Shown piece by piece: positions 9,518-18,544 of a stretch of 64,000 nt of DNA (the stretch's first letter is position 1; the number at the start of each line of letters is the position of its first letter). The DNA lies in assembly GCA_965214705.1 (NCBI GenBank), contig CBDCCI010000001.1, forward strand, positions 350,887 through 414,886. The letters are read 5' to 3'. Both the position numbers and the translations under genes were made by a program. Below the pieces are notes generated by a model that saw nothing but the letters and a program-made list of their open reading frames with translations, did no database searches and was not told where the DNA came from. The DNA comes from Alphaproteobacteria bacterium. GTDB taxonomy: Bacteria; Pseudomonadota; Alphaproteobacteria; UBA828.

Positions 9518-10177
9518 CGCCGGCGGGCGCGACCGAAGGGGGCGCTCGGGCGGAAGCGGTGCCTCTCCTGAGGCTGCCACGCGGGGCCGTGCCCGTTCCC
9601 CATAAACCCAGCTTCGCACGGGACCCACGTCGAGGTGGACGAAGTCGGATGCCGGGTAGAGGCCGGCGCCGCCCCGCCGCATGTCCACGGCCGCGCGCCA
9701 CACCGCCTCGGTGGCGAGGCCGGGCACCCTGATGTCCGCCGCCATGCCGATCGTATGCAACGAGCTGCGGGCGACGCCTGCGGAGTTCGCGCGGAGCCAC
9801 GCGTTCGTTCTGCCCGAGCGGTAGCCCGAGACGAGGTCGATCCGCGCCGGCCGGCCGAGCGCCTTCCACAGGAAGAAGAGCTGATCGAGCACGCCGTAGA
9901 AAATCGGCTCGACCTCGCCGTTGCGCCGGTCGCGGAACAGGTAGCTGTACGCGTCGAGCGCATGACGGTCGTAGCTGCCGTCGCGCCAGTAGACCAGATC
10001 GCGCCGCTCCCCGGTCCACAGATTGCGGATGGGCACGCGGCGTTCCGTGTCCTCTTGGAAGGTCCGGGCCAAGGCTGTGCCAGGAGAGGCCGCAAGGCCA
10101 AGAAGGGCCGCCGCTCCGGCCGTACAGAAAGTCCGGCGATCGGGACCCCTGCCCCGCGCTCCTCCCCGGTCGCGCAT
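9458..10177 (-). CDS. DUF882 / peptidase M15A (YcbK-like) protein with Tat signal
   Basis: RRTFCTAGAAALLGLA twin-arginine signal, and SGYRS...NSAGVARSSLHTIGMAADIRV...SDFVHLDVG metal-ligand blocks. Its 3' tail overlaps the convergent tdh end by 60 nt. Confidence 0.8.
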   Translation of the reverse strand: MRDRGGARGRGPDRRTFCTAGAAALLGLAASPGTALARTFQEDTERRVPIRNLWTGERRDLVYWRDGSYDRHALDAYSYLFRDRRNGEVEPIFYGVLDQLFFLWKALGRPARIDLVSGYRSGRTNAWLRANSAGVARSSLHTIGMAADIRVPGLATEAVWRAAVDMRRGGAGLYPASDFVHLDVGPVRSWVYGERARPRVAASGEAPLPPERPLRSRPPASGEVVLPPERPDHLRRHGG

Positions 10178-10185
10178 GGCTCACC

Positions 10186-10244
10186 CTAGCCCGGCTTTCT
10201 CACCAATGTCATGGTCTGTGACATTGGTGAGAAATCCGGGCTAG
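10186..10244. repeat. 59-bp near-perfect palindrome (26-nt arms, 1 mismatch, 7-nt spacer)
   Basis: CTAGCCCGGCTTTCTCACCAATGTCA-TGGTCTG-TGACATTGGTGAGAAATCCGGGCTAG. It ends 8 nt from the ATG of the DUF882 gene, in the divergent intergenic region toward gabD. Confidence 0.9.
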
Positions 10245-10680
10245 CACGGACAGTCGCCCGCGCCTGAAAGGTCGCGAGCGCACATCGCTTGCCCGCACCA
10301 TGGTGCGGTGCACGGCGGGCGGCAGGGGCACCATCGTTGCGCCATGAGGTGCGTGAGCGGCTTATGGTTTGAGGAGAGCAGAGCGTATCGCAGGGCGGCA
10401 AGACCCGGTGTCGCGCGCTGGACTCTTGATTTCGCGCGGGCGGTCTTGTTGCCGTGCGCTAGCCCTTTCGGGCTCGCGAGACGCACGTGCCTGACATCGC
10501 ACTTGTCCCGTTAGATCCCGGTGAATGCCGCAACAAATTTTTGTTTGCTATCCCACACGCGCGCGTTCGAGCGGGGCAAGTGTCGGGGCGCGCCTTGCCG
10601 GCCCGACGCCGCATCGGCGATACTGCCGGCCTTCCGCCGCAATTCCGCGACCAATCCGCCGACCGAAGGAACACCGCACC

Positions 10681-12171
10681 ATGAGCACTGCCGCCGCCGA
10701 GATCGTGAAGGGCGTCTTCCTCCAGGACCCGTCGCTGTTCCGCCAGCAATGCTATGTGGACGGCCAGTGGCTCGACGCGAAGTCCGGGCGGAGCACCGAC
10801 GTGGTGAACCCGGCGGACGGCCGGGTGATCGGCACCGTGCCGGCGTTCTCCGCCGCCGAGACCCGGGCCGCCATCGAGGCCGCGAACCGGGCCTTCCCCG
10901 CCTGGCGCGCCAAGACCGCGAAAGAGCGCGCCCAAATCCTCCGCAAGTGGTACGACCTGATGATGGCGAACCAGGAGGACCTCGCCATCATCATGACCGC
11001 CGAGCAGGGCAAGCCGATGGCGGAATCGCGGGGCGAGATCGGCTACGGCGGCTCCTTCATCGAGTGGTTCGCGGAGGAGGGCAAGCGCGCCTACGGCGAT
11101 GTCATCCCGCAGCATCTCAACGACCGGCGGATCGTGGTCACGAAGGAGCCGGTGGGCGTGGTCGGCATGATCACACCGTGGAACTTCCCGAACGCCATGA
11201 TCACCCGCAAGGCCGGGCCCGCGCTCGCGGCCGGCTGCACCGTGGTCTCGCGGCCCGCGACCGCAACGCCGTTCTCTGCGCTGGCGCTCTGCGAGCTGGC
11301 TGAGCGCGCCGGCATCCCGCGCGGCGTGTTCAACGTGATCACCGGCCCCTCGGGCGAGGTCGGCGGCGAGATGACCGCCAACCCCATCGTGCGCAAGCTC
11401 TCCTTCACCGGCTCGACCGAGGTGGGCAAGGTCCTGCTCGAGCAGTGCGCGAGCACGGTCAAGAAGGTCTCGATGGAGCTTGGCGGCAATGCGCCCTTCA
11501 TCGTCTTCGACGATGCCGACATGGATTCGGCCGTAAGCGGCGCCATCGCGTCCAAGTACCGCAACACGGGCCAGACCTGCGTCTGCGCCAACCGCTTCCT
11601 GGTGCAGGGCGGGGTCTACGACACCTTCGCCGAGCGGCTGGCCGAGGCGTCTTCCCAGCTCGTCGTCGGCCCCGGCCTCGAAGGCGAGACCCAGCAGGGG
11701 CCGCTGATCGACGAAGACGCCGTCGCCAAGGTCGAGGAGCACATCCAGGATGCGGTGGACAAGGGGGCGGAGGTGATCCAGGGCGGCAAGCGCCACCCGC
11801 TCGGCGGCAATTTCTTCGAGCCGACCGTGATCGCCAACGTGAACACCCAGATGAAGGTGGCGCGCGAGGAGACCTTCGGCCCGCTCGCGCCGATCTTCCG
11901 TTTCGAGACCGACGACGAGGCGGTGCAGCTCGCCAACGACACGGAGTTCGGCCTCGCGGCCTATTTCTACAGCCGCGACATCGGGCGCATCTGGCGGGTG
12001 GCGGAGCAGCTCGAATACGGCATCGTCGGCATCAACACCGGGATCATCTCGACCGAGGTGGCGCCCTTCGGCGGCATGAAGGAATCCGGCATCGGCCGCG
12101 AAGGCTCGCACTACGGCCTCGATGAGTTCCTCGAGGTCAAGTACATGTGCATGGGCGACATCGACAAGTAG
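10681..12171 (+). CDS. gabD: succinate-semialdehyde dehydrogenase (NAD(P)+), aldehyde dehydrogenase family
   Basis: ATG at 10681. The sequence shows strong GabD-like blocks: VVNPADGRVIGTVP, KEPVGVVGMITPWNFP, SMELGGNAPFIVFDDAD, YRNTGQTCVCANRF and EETFGPLAP. Confidence 0.9.
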   Translation: MSTAAAEIVKGVFLQDPSLFRQQCYVDGQWLDAKSGRSTDVVNPADGRVIGTVPAFSAAETRAAIEAANRAFPAWRAKTAKERAQILRKWYDLMMANQEDLAIIMTAEQGKPMAESRGEIGYGGSFIEWFAEEGKRAYGDVIPQHLNDRRIVVTKEPVGVVGMITPWNFPNAMITRKAGPALAAGCTVVSRPATATPFSALALCELAERAGIPRGVFNVITGPSGEVGGEMTANPIVRKLSFTGSTEVGKVLLEQCASTVKKVSMELGGNAPFIVFDDADMDSAVSGAIASKYRNTGQTCVCANRFLVQGGVYDTFAERLAEASSQLVVGPGLEGETQQGPLIDEDAVAKVEEHIQDAVDKGAEVIQGGKRHPLGGNFFEPTVIANVNTQMKVAREETFGPLAPIFRFETDDEAVQLANDTEFGLAAYFYSRDIGRIWRVAEQLEYGIVGINTGIISTEVAPFGGMKESGIGREGSHYGLDEFLEVKYMCMGDIDK

Positions 12172-12254
12172 CGGGTTACGAGGCCGCCCCCTCACTTGAG
12201 TCCCCTGGACAGGCCCCTAAGCGCGCCTTCCACGACGGGCGGCGGGGAGAGAGC

Positions 12255-12911
12255 GTGAGCGCCTTGAAGGGTCCGGAACGGCCGCCGGCGGGCGGTGGCC
12301 AGCCGCGCAAGCTGGTGCTTCTGCTGCATGGCCTCGGCGCCGACGGCAACGACCTGATCGGCCTCGCCGAGCCCTGGGGACGGCTCGTGCCCCACGCCTG
12401 CTTCGCCGCACCGGACGCGCCCGAGCCCTGCGACATGGCGCCCATGGGGCGGCAATGGTTCAGCCTGAGCGACCGCTCGCCCGAGCGCGTGGCCGAGGGC
12501 GTCGCCAGTGCGGCGGACGCGCTCAACGCCGATATCGACGCGCGGCTGGAGGCGCTCGGGCTCGGCGAGCAGGACCTCGCGCTGGTGGGCTTCAGCCAGG
12601 GCACGATGATGTCGCTCCACGTCGCCTATCGCCGCGCCGCTCCGTGCGCGGGCGTGCTCGGCTTCTCGGGGCGGCTGGTGGGTGGCGAGCACCTGAAGGG
12701 CGAGCTGCGTGCCAGGCCGCCGGCCCTGCTGATTCACGGCGATGCGGACGATCTGGTGCCGGTGGGTGCGCTCTTCGAGGCCGCGACCATGCTCGGCGCC
12801 TGCGAGGTGCCGGTGCAATGGCACGTGAGCCGGGGGATCGGCCACGGCATCGCGCCGGACGGGCTGGAGTTCGGCGGGCGCTTCCTGCGCGACGTGCTGG
12901 GCGCAGGTTGA
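12255..12911 (+). CDS. phospholipase/carboxylesterase-family alpha/beta hydrolase
   Basis: LVLLLHGLGADGNDL, GFSQGTMMS nucleophile elbow, and IHGDADDLVP...GHGI triad regions. The GTG start at 12255 follows GGGGAGAGAG with very short spacing, so the start is uncertain. Confidence 0.75.
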   Translation: MSALKGPERPPAGGGQPRKLVLLLHGLGADGNDLIGLAEPWGRLVPHACFAAPDAPEPCDMAPMGRQWFSLSDRSPERVAEGVASAADALNADIDARLEALGLGEQDLALVGFSQGTMMSLHVAYRRAAPCAGVLGFSGRLVGGEHLKGELRARPPALLIHGDADDLVPVGALFEAATMLGACEVPVQWHVSRGIGHGIAPDGLEFGGRFLRDVLGAG

Positions 12912-12927
12912 GCGCCGCGCCCCGGCG

Positions 12928-14172
12928 TCAGTCGAGGCCGGTGCTGCTCTCGCGCAGCGCCGCCACGGCTGTGTCGTCGAGGTCGAGCCAGTCGCGCAGG
13001 ACCGTGTCGCAGTCCTCTCCCAGCATCGGCGCCGCGCGGGGATAATCCACCGGTGTCTCCGAGAACTTGATCGGGTTGGCCGGGTAGTCCACCTCGACAC
13101 CGAGGCTGTGGGGCACGCTCACCCTCATGCCCCGCGCCTGGACGTGCGGGTCTTCAAAGACCCGGTCGATGCTGTTGATCGGCCCGCAGGGGACGCCCAC
13201 CGGCTCCAGCAGGGCGCTCCACTCGTCGAGCGTCCGCTGCCGGGTGATGCCGTTCAACGTGGCGATCAGCTCCACGCGGTTGCGCAGCCGATCGACGTTG
13301 GTCGCGAAGCGCGGGTCGTCGGGAAGTTCCGGGTGGCCGGCCACGTCGCAGAATTTGCGAAGCTGGCTGTTGTTGCCGATGGCGAGCGCGAAGTGCCCGT
13401 CGCGGGTCTCGAAGACGCCGTAAGGCACCATGTTCTGATGCTCGTTGCCGGCGCGGGCCGGTGCCTCGCCCCCGATCAGATAGTTCATGGCCTGGTTGGC
13501 GAGCCAGGCCACCTGGGTGTCGAGCAGGGCGAGGTCGATGTGCTGGCCGCGCCCGGAGTGCTCGCGGCTCGCGAGCGCGGCGAGGATCGCCGTCGCCGCG
13601 TACATGCCGGTCATCAGGTCGGCGGCAGCCACGCCCACCTTCTGCGGTCCGCCGCCGGGCAAGTCGTCGCGCTCGCCGGTGATGCTCATGATGCCGCCCA
13701 TGGCCTGGGCGATCAGGTCGTAGCCGGTGCGGTGCGCATAGGGTCCCGACTGGCCGAATCCGGTGATCGAACAATAGATGAGGCGCGGATTGACTTCGCT
13801 GAGCGCGGGATAGTCGAGGCCGAATTTGGCGAGCCCGCCCACCTTGTAATTCTCGATCAGGACGTCCGCGCACTCGACGAGCCGCCTCACCACCACCTGC
13901 CCCTCGGGCGCGGCGAAGTCGAGCGTGATCGAGCGTTTCCCCCGGTTGGCCGACATGTAGTAGGCGGCGTTGTCGGTGGTCTCGGCGCCGGAAGCATCGC
14001 GCAGGAAGGGCGGCCCCCAGGCGCGCGTGTCGTCGCCCACGCCCGGCCGCTCGACCTTGACCACGTCGGCGCCGAAGTCAGCCAGCAGCTGGCCCGCCCA
14101 GGGGCCCGCGAGGATGCGGCTGAGGTCGAGCACCTTGAGGCCCGCGAGCGGGCCGGATCTTTGCTGTTGCAT
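12928..14172 (-). CDS. family III CoA-transferase (CaiB/BaiF type)
   Basis: N-terminus GPLAGLKVLDLSRILAGPWAGQLLADFGADVVKVERP and mid-protein DLIAQAMGGIMSITG are typical of the family. Confidence 0.9.
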   Translation of the reverse strand: MQQQRSGPLAGLKVLDLSRILAGPWAGQLLADFGADVVKVERPGVGDDTRAWGPPFLRDASGAETTDNAAYYMSANRGKRSITLDFAAPEGQVVVRRLVECADVLIENYKVGGLAKFGLDYPALSEVNPRLIYCSITGFGQSGPYAHRTGYDLIAQAMGGIMSITGERDDLPGGGPQKVGVAAADLMTGMYAATAILAALASREHSGRGQHIDLALLDTQVAWLANQAMNYLIGGEAPARAGNEHQNMVPYGVFETRDGHFALAIGNNSQLRKFCDVAGHPELPDDPRFATNVDRLRNRVELIATLNGITRQRTLDEWSALLEPVGVPCGPINSIDRVFEDPHVQARGMRVSVPHSLGVEVDYPANPIKFSETPVDYPRAAPMLGEDCDTVLRDWLDLDDTAVAALRESSTGLD

Positions 14173-14181
14173 GGGTGATAC

Positions 14182-14745
14182 CTAGGTGTGGTCCTCGCCG
14201 CCGGCGATGATCTCCAGCGCGCGGAGGTTCTCCCGTGTGGTGTGGTCGAGGGCGATACCGCGCGCGGTGGCCGCGTGGGCGGCGTGACGGACGATCGTGT
14301 TGAACCCTTCGATCTGAGAATCGATCCTGAGACTCCGGCGTCCGGCCTTGAGCGTGAGCTGCATCCAGCCGCGATCGCGCTTCCGCCTGGTGGAATAGTA
14401 GCCGAGGGTGCAGCGGGTCAGCCGCTCCCAGGGCAAGTGCCGGGGCAGGAGGCCGTGCACGGTGATGCCGTCCTCGCTCACGCCGAGCCACGTCCGGTGC
14501 CTGAGCAAAGTACGCACGCCGTAGACGGCGAATAGCGCCGCGAGTGCGCCGAGCACCCAGGCGGCGGGACCGCCGGACGCTGCCAACCCTAGCGGGCCGA
14601 GGGTGAACAGCAGGCCGAGCCCGGAATAGAGATAGTCGAGCAGGACCGCGCGCGGCGGGTAGCGGTGGCGGCTCTCGCCGGCCTCCGCCGCCTCGGCGCT
14701 CTCGGATGGGCCCTCGGGCAGGGCCTCGTGAACGGGCGCGCTCAT
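14182..14745 (-). CDS. membrane protein with C-terminal bacterial PH-like domain (hypothetical)
   Basis: Acidic N-terminus, two hydrophobic helices, then a basic soluble domain. The start overlaps the upstream ligase stop by 4 nt (ATGA-type coupling). Confidence 0.6.
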   Translation of the reverse strand: MSAPVHEALPEGPSESAEAAEAGESRHRYPPRAVLLDYLYSGLGLLFTLGPLGLAASGGPAAWVLGALAALFAVYGVRTLLRHRTWLGVSEDGITVHGLLPRHLPWERLTRCTLGYYSTRRKRDRGWMQLTLKAGRRSLRIDSQIEGFNTIVRHAAHAATARGIALDHTTRENLRALEIIAGGEDHT

Positions 14746-16403
14746 CGGGAAGCCCCGAGCATCTCGCGCCTGATGCGCACGCCTGCGGCCTCGCGGTCCC
14801 AGCTATCCGCGGTGATGCCGTCGGCGCGCAGCCTGTGCTTCTCGATCTTCTCTGTCGGCGTCTTGGGCAGGGCGTCGACGATGCGCACGTAGCGCGGGAT
14901 CATGAAGTGGGCGAGGCGCGGTTCGAGGAATTCCAGCAGATCGGCCGGCTCCAGCGCCTGCTCTGGCTGGAGCGCGACCACCGCCATGACCTCGTCTTCG
15001 CCAAGCTCGCTCGGCACCGGGACCACGGCGGCCTCGCGCACCGCCGGGTGGGCCGCGACCTCGGTCTCCACCTCCAGGGACGAGATGTTCTCGCCGCGCC
15101 GGCGGATCGTGTCCTTCAGGCGGTCGACGAAGTAGAGGTTGCCGTCCTCGTCCACGCGGCCGGCATCGCCGGTGTGGAACCAACCGTTGCGCCAGGCCCG
15201 CGCTGTCGCCTCGGGCTCCTTGTAGTAGCCGTGGTTGATGGCCCAGGGCGTGTCCGCCCGTACCACGATCTCGCCCACCGCGCCCGTCGGCACCTCACAG
15301 TCGTTGGCGTCGACCACGCGAAGCTCGCAGCCCGGCCGCACGCGGCCCGCGCTCCCCGGCACGGTCATGGGCACGGTGGTCATCACCGGGCAGCACAGCT
15401 CGGTCATGTTGTAGATCGAATAGACCTCCAGGCCGAAGCGCTCCATGAACGCGTCGACATCGTTTACCAGCGGCACCATGCCGACCGTGCGCAAGGGGTG
15501 GTCGCGGTCATCCGGCCTGGGCGGCTCCTTCTCCAGGAACTGCGCCATGACACCGAGCAGGAACACCGAGGTCACGCCGGTGCGGCGCACCGTGTCCCAG
15601 AACGAGTGCGTCTTGAAATACTCCACCAGCGTGATCGAGGCGTGCTGGCAGAGCATGCCGTAGGCGATGGTCGCGCCGCCGAGGTGGAAGAGCGGCAGGC
15701 TGATAAGGTAGCGGTCCTCCGGCGTGATGAACTGCCAGGTGTCGGGCCCGAAATTCGAGAACGCGTGACAGTAAGAGCTGAGCACCGCCTTCGACGGGCC
15801 CGTGGTACCGGAGGTGAAGATGATCGATTGCGTGTCCCAGGGCTCGATGGGGCGCTCCAGCGGTGCGAGCGAGCCGCCCTCCGGATGAAGCGCCGCCTCG
15901 TCCAGGACGGCGAGGTCGTCGATGGCGGGCGGCGGGCCGCCGACCGCCACCAGGGTCTTCAGGCTGGCGAGCCCGATGGTGACGAGCCTCGGCGCGAGTT
16001 CCGCGTGGGCGACCATGAGGCGGGCGTCGGAGCGCGCCACCACGTGCTCCAGCAGCCGGCCCTTGTAGGCCGTGTTGATGGGCACGTAGACCGCGCCCAG
16101 ATAGTTCGAGCCCAAGAAGATGCGGAGCGCTTCGGCGCCGTTGGGCAGCCACGAGAGCACGTGATCGCCCTGGCGCACACCCAGCGCCTGCAGGCCGATG
16201 GCTGTCTCGATCACCTCGGCGCGGGTGCGCGCGTAACTCCACTCCGTGCCGTCCTCGAAGACGCAGAAAACCTTGTCCGGCGTCGCCGCGGCCAGCCGGT
16301 CGAGCAGGTAGCGCAGCACGCACCTGTCCGCTGCCGGGACGCGCGGATCGCTGTGTGACGCCATCGGGTGTTCCACCGCCGTCGCTCGCTCATGGCCCGT
16401 CAT
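14742..16403 (-). CDS. AMP-forming acyl-CoA synthetase/ligase
   Basis: IIFTSGTTGPSKAV (AMP-binding motif), GEIVVR, WFHTGDAGRVDEDGNLYFVDRLKDTIRRRGENIS. The ATG at 16403 has GGGGG 9 nt upstream. An alternative start is at 16364. Confidence 0.85.
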   Translation of the reverse strand: MTGHERATAVEHPMASHSDPRVPAADRCVLRYLLDRLAAATPDKVFCVFEDGTEWSYARTRAEVIETAIGLQALGVRQGDHVLSWLPNGAEALRIFLGSNYLGAVYVPINTAYKGRLLEHVVARSDARLMVAHAELAPRLVTIGLASLKTLVAVGGPPPAIDDLAVLDEAALHPEGGSLAPLERPIEPWDTQSIIFTSGTTGPSKAVLSSYCHAFSNFGPDTWQFITPEDRYLISLPLFHLGGATIAYGMLCQHASITLVEYFKTHSFWDTVRRTGVTSVFLLGVMAQFLEKEPPRPDDRDHPLRTVGMVPLVNDVDAFMERFGLEVYSIYNMTELCCPVMTTVPMTVPGSAGRVRPGCELRVVDANDCEVPTGAVGEIVVRADTPWAINHGYYKEPEATARAWRNGWFHTGDAGRVDEDGNLYFVDRLKDTIRRRGENISSLEVETEVAAHPAVREAAVVPVPSELGEDEVMAVVALQPEQALEPADLLEFLEPRLAHFMIPRYVRIVDALPKTPTEKIEKHRLRADGITADSWDREAAGVRIRREMLGASR

Positions 16404-16465
16404 CTCAGACGGCCCCCTTGTAGCCCGGAGCCGGCTTTGGATTAACCCGGATTTCTATCCGAGGA

Positions 16466-17608
16466 TCAGGCGTCGGTGAGCGCGGCGTCGAGGGCGCGTT
16501 GCAGCGTTGCGGCGGCGCTCTCGATCCCGTGCTGCTTCTGCGCCCGTGCCGCTGCAGCCTCGCCCATCGCCCGGCGCCTCTCTTCGTCGGCACAAAGCTC
16601 GACCACCGCGCCGGCGAAGGCCACGTCGTCCTGGCGCGGCGTGAGCAGCCCGGTCTCGCCACTGGCGACGACCTCGGCAGCGCCGGGCCAATCCTGCGCA
16701 ACGACGGGGAGGCCGGCCGCCTGCGCCTCCAGCGTCGCCATGCCGAAGGTCTCCTGGTAGGCGGGCCAGACGTAGAGGTCGCAGGCGGCGTAGACCGCCG
16801 GGAGCGCGTCGTCCGCGCGCGCACCGGCGAAGACCGCGAGACCCGGCCCGACCGGCGCCATCGCCTCCTCCACCAGCCACCGCGCCTCTCCGTCGCCGAC
16901 GACGAGTAGCTGCCAGGGCGGGTCCGCGATCAGGTTGAGCGAACGCCCCAGCAGGCGCCAGGAAGCCAGTGCCGCGCCGGTCTGCATCGGGGCGACCGCC
17001 AGCAGCCACGGGCGCGCGGGGTCGAGCGGCAACGCGTCCGCGAGCGCTCTGCGGGTCGCGACGCGGTCTGCCGCCCGGTAGGGCGCGAGGTCGAGGAAGG
17101 GCGCCAGCCGGTAGAGCCGCGCGGTATTCGGGACCAGCGCCCGGATGCTCTCCTCGTCCTCGGCGGTGAGCGAGAGCACCGCCCGTGCCCGCGCGATGGC
17201 GCGGGCCGTGTACGAGAGCCAGCGCGCGTGCGCGCCGCCCGCCTCCGCCCGCGCGTAGGAAGCGCCCACCAGCAGGTAGGGGATGTCGAGCGCCTCCGCC
17301 ACGGCGGGGCCGATCAGGTCCGGCGCCGTGTGGCGGAGGTCGCAGGTGAGCCACGCCTCGGGCCGGGCGACGGCCGGTAGGTCGCGGTAGGCGACGACGA
17401 GCTTGCGCGCCCGCCTGGCGGCCTTTCGCTCGAGCGCCGTTTGCCGGCGGCTGTCTTCGAGACCCTCGTCGCTGTGAAATTCTGTGGGCGCGATGGTGTG
17501 GTAGCCGGCGGCCTCCAGCGCCCGTGCGACCAGGCGCATCAGCCGCGGCCCACCCCACGGCGCGGCGGGGTCGGGACGAGCGGCGGGTGTGTAGAGCGCG
17601 ATGGGCAT
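16466..17608 (-). CDS. GT-B fold glycosyltransferase (GT4-like)
   Basis: C-terminal block ACDLYVWPAYQETFGMATLEAQAAGLPVVAQDWPGAAEVVASGETGLL is the typical E-x7-E glycosyltransferase group 1 region. Confidence 0.8.
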   Translation of the reverse strand: MPIALYTPAARPDPAAPWGGPRLMRLVARALEAAGYHTIAPTEFHSDEGLEDSRRQTALERKAARRARKLVVAYRDLPAVARPEAWLTCDLRHTAPDLIGPAVAEALDIPYLLVGASYARAEAGGAHARWLSYTARAIARARAVLSLTAEDEESIRALVPNTARLYRLAPFLDLAPYRAADRVATRRALADALPLDPARPWLLAVAPMQTGAALASWRLLGRSLNLIADPPWQLLVVGDGEARWLVEEAMAPVGPGLAVFAGARADDALPAVYAACDLYVWPAYQETFGMATLEAQAAGLPVVAQDWPGAAEVVASGETGLLTPRQDDVAFAGAVVELCADEERRRAMGEAAAARAQKQHGIESAAATLQRALDAALTDA

Positions 17609-17702
17609 GTCAGGCGGCGGGCGGCGGCACCGGCGGCATGGGATTTGCGCCTGGCGCCCTCCATCGGCGAATATCCGGCGCCATCAACAGGGAGGACCCC
17701 CG

Positions 17703-18410
17703 GTGACCGAGACACCCCTCAACGAAGCCGAGTTGGCTGCGCTTCGCGCCTACGACACGCCGACGATCTGCAACGCGCTGGAGATCGTCTGCCCCGAGCG
17801 CCGCACCTTCGGCTTCACGACCGAGACGCTGATCTGCGCCTTCCCGGAGCTTCAGCCGATGGTGGGCTACGCGCGCACCGCTACCATCCGCTCGATGGAG
17901 AAGCCCGCGAAGGACGGTGACGCGATGACCGCCGACCGCGTGGCCTACTACCGTTACGTGGAGGCGGGGCACCGGCCCGGCATCATGGTCATCCAGGACA
18001 TCGATTCCCGGCGCGGCGCGGCGTCGTGGTGGGGCGAGGTGCATTCCGCCGTGCATCAGGCCCTGGGCTGCCTCGGCGTCGTGACCGACGGCGCGGTGCG
18101 CGACCTCGACATGATCGCCGACGGCTTCCAGCTCATCTCGGGCACGGTGGTTCCTTCTCATGCCTGGGTTCACCTGGTCAGCCACGGTGAGCCCGTGGAT
18201 GTCTGCGGCATGGTGACTCACTCGGGCGACCTCGTACACGCCGACCGCCACGGCGCGGTCATCATCCCGCACGAGGCGGCACGCGAGGTGCCGGCGGCGG
18301 CCGAGCTCTGCATGCGACGCGAGGCGCCGATCCTCGCCGCCTGCAAGGAGTCGGGGTTTTCGGCCGACGTGATGGCGCGGGTCCTGGGCGAGGCGAAGGA
18401 GATTCACTAG
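17703..18410 (+). CDS. RraA-family protein (RraA / HMG-CHA aldolase-like)
   Basis: GTG at 17703 preceded by AGGGAGGA. TPTICNALE, WWGEVHSAVHQALGCLGVVTDGAVRD and GDLVHADRHGAVIIP match the RraA-like fold family. Confidence 0.8.
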   Translation: MTETPLNEAELAALRAYDTPTICNALEIVCPERRTFGFTTETLICAFPELQPMVGYARTATIRSMEKPAKDGDAMTADRVAYYRYVEAGHRPGIMVIQDIDSRRGAASWWGEVHSAVHQALGCLGVVTDGAVRDLDMIADGFQLISGTVVPSHAWVHLVSHGEPVDVCGMVTHSGDLVHADRHGAVIIPHEAAREVPAAAELCMRREAPILAACKESGFSADVMARVLGEAKEIH

Positions 18411-18519
18411 TCTGCAGCCCTCGCCACGGTCTCGGCCCTTGACGCTGCGGCCGGCATCGGTGGAATGGACACGTTGAAAACGACTCGCATAGCCACTCGG
18501 CAGGTCGGCCGGGCCGCGG

Positions 18520-18525
18520 TATAAT
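18520..18525 (+). promoter_or_regulatory. candidate -10 box (TATAAT) upstream of the radical-SAM gene
   Basis: A perfect TATAAT lies 19 nt upstream of ATG 18545, followed by GGAGG. No convincing -35 element is present (TCGGCA at best). Confidence 0.2.
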
Positions 18526-18544
18526 CGCGCGAGCGGAGGTACGC

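Noticed and set aside
10245-10680. Possible small ORFs (10241-10486 minus, 10308-10514 plus) or a structured RNA in the 435-nt region upstream of gabD. Several GC-rich stem-loops are present, for example AGCCC-TTTC-GGGCT.
   Set aside because: The ORFs have poor coding character and overlap each other. No riboswitch or sRNA family is recognisable by eye. The region is left as an unexplained long leader or intergenic region.
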